Assembly (NCBI GenBank): GCA_041288095.1
Contig: JBGGMJ010000192.1
Location: 1 to 53,068 of the forward strand
Direction of reading: 5' to 3'
Origin: Myxococcota bacterium
GTDB taxonomy: Bacteria > Myxococcota > XYA12-FULL-58-9 > JALHOP01
Length of the DNA stretch: 53,068 bases
In this document: positions 47,905 through 53,068 of the stretch, one piece after another
Position numbering within the stretch: the stretch's first letter is position 1
How the letters are laid out: each line of letters begins with the position of its first letter
Notes under the pieces: generated by a model
Databases searched by the model: none
What the model saw: the letters and a program-made list of their open reading frames with translations, nothing else
What the model was told of the DNA's origin: nothing
Translations under genes and position numbers: made by a program

Positions 47905-49218
47905 ATGATGAACGGCCTTTGGGTCGGCATGGTGCTCATCGCCTTGCTGACCGGAGCAGCCACCGGCACTCTCGATGCTGTCGCTAAAGCGGTTACCGAC
48001 AGCGCGGGCGCCGCGGTGACGCTGTCGCTCGGGTTGGTGGGGACGATGGCGCTGTGGCTCGGCCTGATGCGCGTCCTCCAGCAAGCAGGGTTGCTCAAGA
48101 TCTTCGCGCGTATCATGCGGCCGATCTTGCGGCGCTTGTTCCCCGAGCTGCCCGACGGTCATCCCGCGCTCAGCATGATGGTGCTCAACATCGCCAGCAA
48201 CATGCTGGGCCTCGGCAACGCCGCGACGCCGTTCGGTCTCAAGGCGATGACCGAGCTCGACACCTTGAACCCTGAAAAGGGCACCGCGACCAACTCGATG
48301 GTGCTGTTCTTGGCGATCAACACCGCGGGCTTCTCGCTCATCCCCACCAACGTCATCGCCATCCGGGCGGCCATGGGCTCGGCTCAGCCCGGCTCGGTCT
48401 TTCTCACCACGTTGATCGCGACCTCGTGCTCGACACTGTCCGCTATCGTGGCCTGCAAGCTCGCCGAGCCGTTCTTCAGGAGGGCGGCTCCCGCTGTCGT
48501 CGTGCCGGCGGCTCCCGCGCCGCTCGGCCCCGACGTAAGCGAAGCGCAAGCGCTGATCGAAGGCGCCGCATTGCAGCCGAGCATGAAGCGACGCCTCCTC
48601 GCGGCGGGTGTCGCCCTGGCGCTGGTCGTGGCCATGGGGTTGGCGCTGGCGCGTCGCGCGACGGGTGAGGGCGGTGTCGGCTGGTCGCTCGCCGTGCGCG
48701 ATGCCATGTCGCAATGGCCGCTCGCGGTCATCCTCGGCGCCATCGTCATCTATGGCTTGGCGCGCGGTGTGAAGGTCTACGACTGCGTCGTCGAGGGCGG
48801 CAAAGAAGGCTTCTCGGTCGCGCTGCGCATCATCCCCTTCCTGGTGGCGATGCTCGTCGCCATCGGCATGTTGCGCGCTTCGGGTGCGCTCGGCGCTCTG
48901 GTCGGGATGTTGTCGCCGGTGACCGAGCTGATTGGCATGCCGGCGGATGCCTTGCCGATGGCCCTCTTGCGGCCACTCTCAGGCTCGGGCGCCTTGTCGT
49001 TGATGACCGAGACCATGAAGACCCATGGACCCGACTCGCTCATCGGGCAGATGGTCTCGACCATGTACGGCGGGACCGAAACGACGTTCTACGTGCTCGC
49101 GGTCTACTTCGGCGCCGTCGCCGTCCGCAATACCAGACATACGCTGATCCCGTGCATCACCGCGGACGTGGTCGGGGCGCTCGCCGCCGTCTGGGCGACG
49201 CGCTGGTTGCTGGGCTAA
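47905..49218 (+). CDS. spmAB: Fused SpmA-SpmB (Gate/nucleoside-recognition domain) membrane protein
   Basis: NMLGLGNAATPFGLKAM (SpmA); LLRPLSGSG and TETTFYVLAVYFG (SpmB). Confidence 0.9.
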   Translation: MMNGLWVGMVLIALLTGAATGTLDAVAKAVTDSAGAAVTLSLGLVGTMALWLGLMRVLQQAGLLKIFARIMRPILRRLFPELPDGHPALSMMVLNIASNMLGLGNAATPFGLKAMTELDTLNPEKGTATNSMVLFLAINTAGFSLIPTNVIAIRAAMGSAQPGSVFLTTLIATSCSTLSAIVACKLAEPFFRRAAPAVVVPAAPAPLGPDVSEAQALIEGAALQPSMKRRLLAAGVALALVVAMGLALARRATGEGGVGWSLAVRDAMSQWPLAVILGAIVIYGLARGVKVYDCVVEGGKEGFSVALRIIPFLVAMLVAIGMLRASGALGALVGMLSPVTELIGMPADALPMALLRPLSGSGALSLMTETMKTHGPDSLIGQMVSTMYGGTETTFYVLAVYFGAVAVRNTRHTLIPCITADVVGALAAVWATRWLLG

Positions 49219-49946
49219 CGCGACGGCAAGAGCGGACGCATCTTGCGCTGTTGTTGCGGCTTCAAGCTGTCGGCGCGCACGTAGGCGGCGTGCGCCTTGT
49301 TGGTATTGCCGGTGCGCTCGTAGAACTTGGCGAGACGATACTGGTGATACGCGACGTTCGGTTGCAAGCGCGTGATCGTCTGCAGGGCCGCCTCGGCATC
49401 CTCCAGGCGTTGAGCGTTCTCGTAGACTTCCGAGAGCGCCGAGAGCGCGCCGATGTGCGTGGGGTCGCCGCGCAGGAGCACCTCGAAGGCGCCGATGGCG
49501 CCCGTGAGATCGCCGCTCATGCGTAATGCGTTCGCGAGCTGGAATTGCGCGTCGTACAGCTGCGGCCGACGCTCGATCGCTATGGCGTACTGCTTGGCGG
49601 CGTCGGAGAAGCGGCCCTTGCGATCGTATGCCAGCCCCAGGTGGTAACGCGCCTTGGGATTCTCCGGCTCGAGCCTCACCGCGGCTTCGAGAGCGTCGAG
49701 CGCGCGCGCGCTGTCCGGATCGACGGTCTGCTCGGCGATGCCGAATGACAAGTGCGCGAGGCCCCAATCGGGGGCGGCTTCCCTCGCCGTCGCGAAGGCG
49801 TCACGGGCCTCTTCGGTGCGACCGGCGTCCATGGCACTCGAGCCGCGAGCAAAGGCGTTACGGGCGACGCCGCCGTCGTTCGGTGCGGCCTCGGCCAAGC
49901 TCGCGGTGAACAGGCCGACGAGTACGAAGGCGATTCGAGTGGACAT
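49215..49946 (-). CDS. Exported tetratricopeptide-repeat protein
   Basis: Signal peptide [20 protein letters not shown]; tandem TPRs. Confidence 0.85.
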   Translation of the reverse strand: MSTRIAFVLVGLFTASLAEAAPNDGGVARNAFARGSSAMDAGRTEEARDAFATAREAAPDWGLAHLSFGIAEQTVDPDSARALDALEAAVRLEPENPKARYHLGLAYDRKGRFSDAAKQYAIAIERRPQLYDAQFQLANALRMSGDLTGAIGAFEVLLRGDPTHIGALSALSEVYENAQRLEDAEAALQTITRLQPNVAYHQYRLAKFYERTGNTNKAHAAYVRADSLKPQQQRKMRPLLPSR

Positions 49947-50018
49947 GCCCTTGGGGTGATATGCGACGGATCGCGCCTCGGCAAGAAATGTAATACGTCC
50001 ACGAGCTGGAGATACGGC

Positions 50019-50813
50019 ATGCTTCTCGCCATCGATGTGGGCAATACCAACATCGTCGTCGGTGTCTATGACGGTGAGCAGCTGCGCCATCACGTGCGCT
50101 TGTCCACGGATCGCAGCCGCACCGATGACGAATACGGCATGCTGCTCGGCAATCTCCTCGGCGAACAAGGACTTGCCTGGAACGACATGCACGCGGCGGC
50201 TCTGGCAAGCGTGGTGCCACCGCTCACCGAGGTGTGGCGCCGGGTGTGCGTGCGGAGGATGAAGGGGGCGGAGCCCTTGGTGGTGGGACCGGGGGTGAAA
50301 ACCGGCATGCCGGTGCTCTACGAAAACCCGCGCGAGGTTGGGGCTGACCGTGTGGTGAACGGTGTCGCCGGCTACGAGCGCTTCCGGCGTGACCCGGGTG
50401 GCCCGCATGGCGTCATCATCGTCGACTTCGGCACCGCCACGACGTTCGATGTGGTCTCGCCGAAGGGGGAGTACCTGGGCGGGGCCATCGCGCCGGGGAT
50501 CGTGATTTCGACGGAGGCCCTGTTCATGCGCGCCTCGAAGCTGCCGCGCGTCGATCTCGAGGTTCCGGGCAGCTCGATCGGGCGCACCACCGTGACCAGC
50601 ATGCAGGCTGGTATCCTTTACGGGTATGTTGGCCTGGTGGACGGTCTGGTGACGCGCATGCGTGGAGAGCTCGACTTCGAGCCGCGCATCCTCGCGACCG
50701 GCGGGCTCGCCGCCGTCATCGCCAAGCACGCCACGACCATCGAGGCGGTGGACGACAACCTGACGCTCGAAGGTCTGCGCATCATTCACGGCCGCAATCG
50801 GAGTGGCTCGTGA
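50019..50813 (+). CDS. coaX: Type III pantothenate kinase
   Basis: [47 protein letters not shown]. Confidence 0.95.
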   Translation: MLLAIDVGNTNIVVGVYDGEQLRHHVRLSTDRSRTDDEYGMLLGNLLGEQGLAWNDMHAAALASVVPPLTEVWRRVCVRRMKGAEPLVVGPGVKTGMPVLYENPREVGADRVVNGVAGYERFRRDPGGPHGVIIVDFGTATTFDVVSPKGEYLGGAIAPGIVISTEALFMRASKLPRVDLEVPGSSIGRTTVTSMQAGILYGYVGLVDGLVTRMRGELDFEPRILATGGLAAVIAKHATTIEAVDDNLTLEGLRIIHGRNRSGS

Positions 50814-51979
50814 GTCAGGCCGACATCGCCGCCGAGCTCTCTCCAGCACATCGCAAGCCGCTCGACCCGGCCTCGCCGATGCCGGCGCGCATGATGGCGG
50901 CGCGGGGCATGGCGCCGCTGCCGCCTCGCGAGATGGTCATGGTCCTCGCCGGCTTGTCCCTCGACACCGATGCCGCTTTAGCGGACGCAGCGAGGGCGTC
51001 ACTCGCGAAGCTGCCCGACAAGTTCTACGATACCGCGCTCGCGGGTGCTCTGCCGGGCGCCGCCTTACCCCCCGTAGCCCTGGCGCTCGCCGGCCGCGAT
51101 GGGCCGCTGGAGAAGCTGGTGCTGGCGCGTGGCACGCCGGACTCGGTCGTGGCGCTGGTCGCCGCGCATTGCTCCGAGAAGATCGCCGAGATCATCGCCA
51201 CCGATCAGGAGCGCCTGCTGCGCTCGCATGATCTCGTGGGCGCGTTGCGCACCAATCCAGCGCTCCTACGCTCGAGCTTGGACCGCGTCTTCGACTTCTT
51301 GGTGCGCGCCGGCGTCATCTACGACGACTTTTCGGAAGCCGCCGACGCTCTGGCTCGTTTGTCGTCGACCGACTTCGAGCAGGCGGCGGCGAAGATCGAT
51401 TTACCGCCGGAGGTGCAGAAGCTGCTCGAGCCCGACAACCCCGCGGTACCCGCGGCCGTGGCGGAGACACCGCCCGGGCCCGACGACACGGTAGAAGGTC
51501 AGGCACCCGTCGCGGAGCTCGACGAAGTGCTCGAGGCCAACGTCTCGCAGGAAGAAAAAGAAAAGCGCGTGCCGATGCTCAAGCTCGTCGGTCAGCTCAA
51601 CATCGCGCAGAAAGTCGCCTTGGCCATGCGCGGCAACAAGGAAGCGCGGTCGCTCTTGGTGCGTGACTCGAACCGTTTGGTGGCGGTAGCGGCGATCCGC
51701 AGCCCGCGCATCACCGACGGCGAAGTGAAGACGGTCGCGTCGAGCCGCACCGTGTGTGACGACGTCATTCGCATCATCGGCAACTCACGCGAGCTCTCAC
51801 GCAGCTACGGCGTGAAGGTGGCCCTCGCGAGCAATCCCAAGACGCCGTTGCCGATGGCGATGAAGCTGCTGCCGCTCTTACGCGACGCCGAGATCAAGGT
51901 CATGGCCAAGTCGAAGAATGTCTCGGCGGCTATCTCGACCCAGGCGCGGCGCATGCTGCAGACCCGTGGTCAGAAGTAG
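50810..51979 (+). CDS. Conserved helical-repeat hypothetical protein
   Basis: [25 protein letters not shown]...SPRIT...ALASNPKTP pattern, recalled from deltaproteobacteria; GTGA coupling to coaX. Confidence 0.75.
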   Translation: MSQADIAAELSPAHRKPLDPASPMPARMMAARGMAPLPPREMVMVLAGLSLDTDAALADAARASLAKLPDKFYDTALAGALPGAALPPVALALAGRDGPLEKLVLARGTPDSVVALVAAHCSEKIAEIIATDQERLLRSHDLVGALRTNPALLRSSLDRVFDFLVRAGVIYDDFSEAADALARLSSTDFEQAAAKIDLPPEVQKLLEPDNPAVPAAVAETPPGPDDTVEGQAPVAELDEVLEANVSQEEKEKRVPMLKLVGQLNIAQKVALAMRGNKEARSLLVRDSNRLVAVAAIRSPRITDGEVKTVASSRTVCDDVIRIIGNSRELSRSYGVKVALASNPKTPLPMAMKLLPLLRDAEIKVMAKSKNVSAAISTQARRMLQTRGQK

Positions 51980-51986
51980 CGCGCTC

Positions 51987-52445
51987 CTAAGTGAAGACAC
52001 CGACACGCCGTCCGGGCGCCGGCGGCGCGAGCTGAGCCGTGACGCTATTGCGGCCGGGCAGGTGGCTCTGGTCGTTGCAGCCGTAGAGTGGCTCGCGACC
52101 CGATTGCTGCTCGCGTTGCATTTCGTCGCGGAGACCGAGCAGGGCCTCGAAAGCCGCCTGACCGCGCAGTGGCGGCCCGCCGAGTGACGTGTGGCCCCGG
52201 ATGCCGACCTCCAGGCCATCGAGCGCCTTGGGATCGTGGTTTTGCAGACCCGCGAGCCGCGAGATCTGATAGTCCAGCGTCATCGCCGAGCCGTTGCCGA
52301 GGGTCAGCTCCTGGCCGTTATGACGCATGACCGCGCGGGTTTCGCAGTCTTGGGCGCCGGCTGGGGGCCAGCTCGTGGCCGGTGTGTCTTGAGCCCGCGT
52401 CACCGCGGACGGGCTACTGCCTTGAATTGTCGGTAAAGCCGTCAT
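51987..52445 (-). CDS. Hypothetical protein with S/T/P-rich N-terminus
   Basis: ORF fills the gap between genes; GGTGG-type RBS; no motif recognised. Confidence 0.5.
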   Translation of the reverse strand: MTALPTIQGSSPSAVTRAQDTPATSWPPAGAQDCETRAVMRHNGQELTLGNGSAMTLDYQISRLAGLQNHDPKALDGLEVGIRGHTSLGGPPLRGQAAFEALLGLRDEMQREQQSGREPLYGCNDQSHLPGRNSVTAQLAPPAPGRRVGVFT

Positions 52446-52495
52446 CGCCACCACCACGTGTGGATACATACCCCGATGCGCATGGGGGCGGCTGG

Positions 52496-53068
52496 TCAGC
52501 GCAGCTTGATGGGCACGCCGAGGACGCCGAGCGGGTCGACATGGCTGCCGTAGCGCATGACCTCGAAGTGCAGGTGCGGACCGGTGGTGCGTCCGCTCGT
52601 ACCGACGAGCCCGAGAGCTTCACCGGCTTCCACGATTTGCCCCTCGTAGACCAGGGTCTGCGAGAGGTGCGAGTAGCCGGTCTGGAAGGCGCCAGCGTGC
52701 GTGATGGTGATTTGGCGGCCGTGGCCGTGGTTCCAACCGACCGTCGAGACGCGGCCGGCGGCGGCGGCGCGCACGACCTGACCATATTTCGCCTCGAGAT
52801 CGATGCCGTAGTGGAAGCGCGCATCCCCCTCGAGGGGGTCGGCGCGGTCACCGAAGGCGCTGGTGACGCCGGTCGCCGGTAGCGGCCATTGCAGCATCAT
52901 GATGCGTGGTGCTTCGGGCAGGGTGATCCAAAATTCAGGCGCGGTGCCGAGCACCGGTTCGTCGCTCTCGTCGATGGGCCCGCCCATTGCGCCCTTGTTG
53001 TCCGCTATAGCGACACCTGACGGGTTCGCGGGCTCGATGGTGACGACGCTATCGTCGGCGAGCGAGAC
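52496..53068 (-). CDS. M23 family metallopeptidase (5' end outside the window)
   Basis: TSAFG.R.DP, HYGIDL, YSHLS, TGPHLHFEV; frame is open to the window end. Confidence 0.9.
   Translation of the reverse strand, partial: VSLADDSVVTIEPANPSGVAIADNKGAMGGPIDESDEPVLGTAPEFWITLPEAPRIMMLQWPLPATGVTSAFGDRADPLEGDARFHYGIDLEAKYGQVVRAAAAGRVSTVGWNHGHGRQITITHAGAFQTGYSHLSQTLVYEGQIVEAGEALGLVGTSGRTTGPHLHFEVMRYGSHVDPLGVLGVPIKLR

Noticed and set aside
47905..49218. spmAB as evidence of endospore formation
   Set aside because: Fused SpmAB homologues are widespread in non-sporulating Gram-negative bacteria.
49947..50849. 544-aa version of the TPR ORF
   Set aside because: The extra part is antisense to coaX; the likely true start is the signal peptide at 49946.

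Overview
GC-rich bacterial chromosome segment. The gene content (MXAN_5808-type S41 protease, PEGA-domain Ser/Thr kinase, PilZ proteins, PilT, Cys-rich lipoproteins, EpsX/Wzp-like porin) points to a Myxococcota/deltaproteobacterial genome; this is inferred from family recognition, not a database search. It holds about 48 CDS, mostly housekeeping: menF-like, trmI, truD, rlmH, rsfS, rseP, mpg, neuA-like, uvrC, uvrB, pssA, nrdJ, spmAB, coaX. No tRNA/rRNA, CRISPR or mobile element was seen. The most interesting signals are non-coding or too small for the ORF track. (1) Between uvrC and uvrB, two divergent sigma28-like promoters (GCAAC-N14-[G/T]CCGAWAA) face a Gly/Ala-zipper membrane-type protein and a structured ~185-nt minus-strand RNA. 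That RNA carries a ~21-nt antisense match to the protein's ribosome-binding site plus four phased CGGGC repeats. A third copy of the promoter precedes an orphan L,D-transpeptidase-like gene, suggesting a regulon of signal-peptide-less envelope-active proteins. (2) A near-consensus sigma54 promoter driving a ~100-nt hairpin sRNA with anti-Shine-Dalgarno seeds. (3) A stand-alone 29-aa Lys-rich microprotein gene. (4) A DUF6496-type basic protein with a histone-H3-like N-terminus downstream of a Ser/Thr kinase. (5) Apparent CUG start codons on both rsfS and rlmH. (6) A duplicated operator palindrome at the GbsR-like regulator/isochorismate synthase locus.
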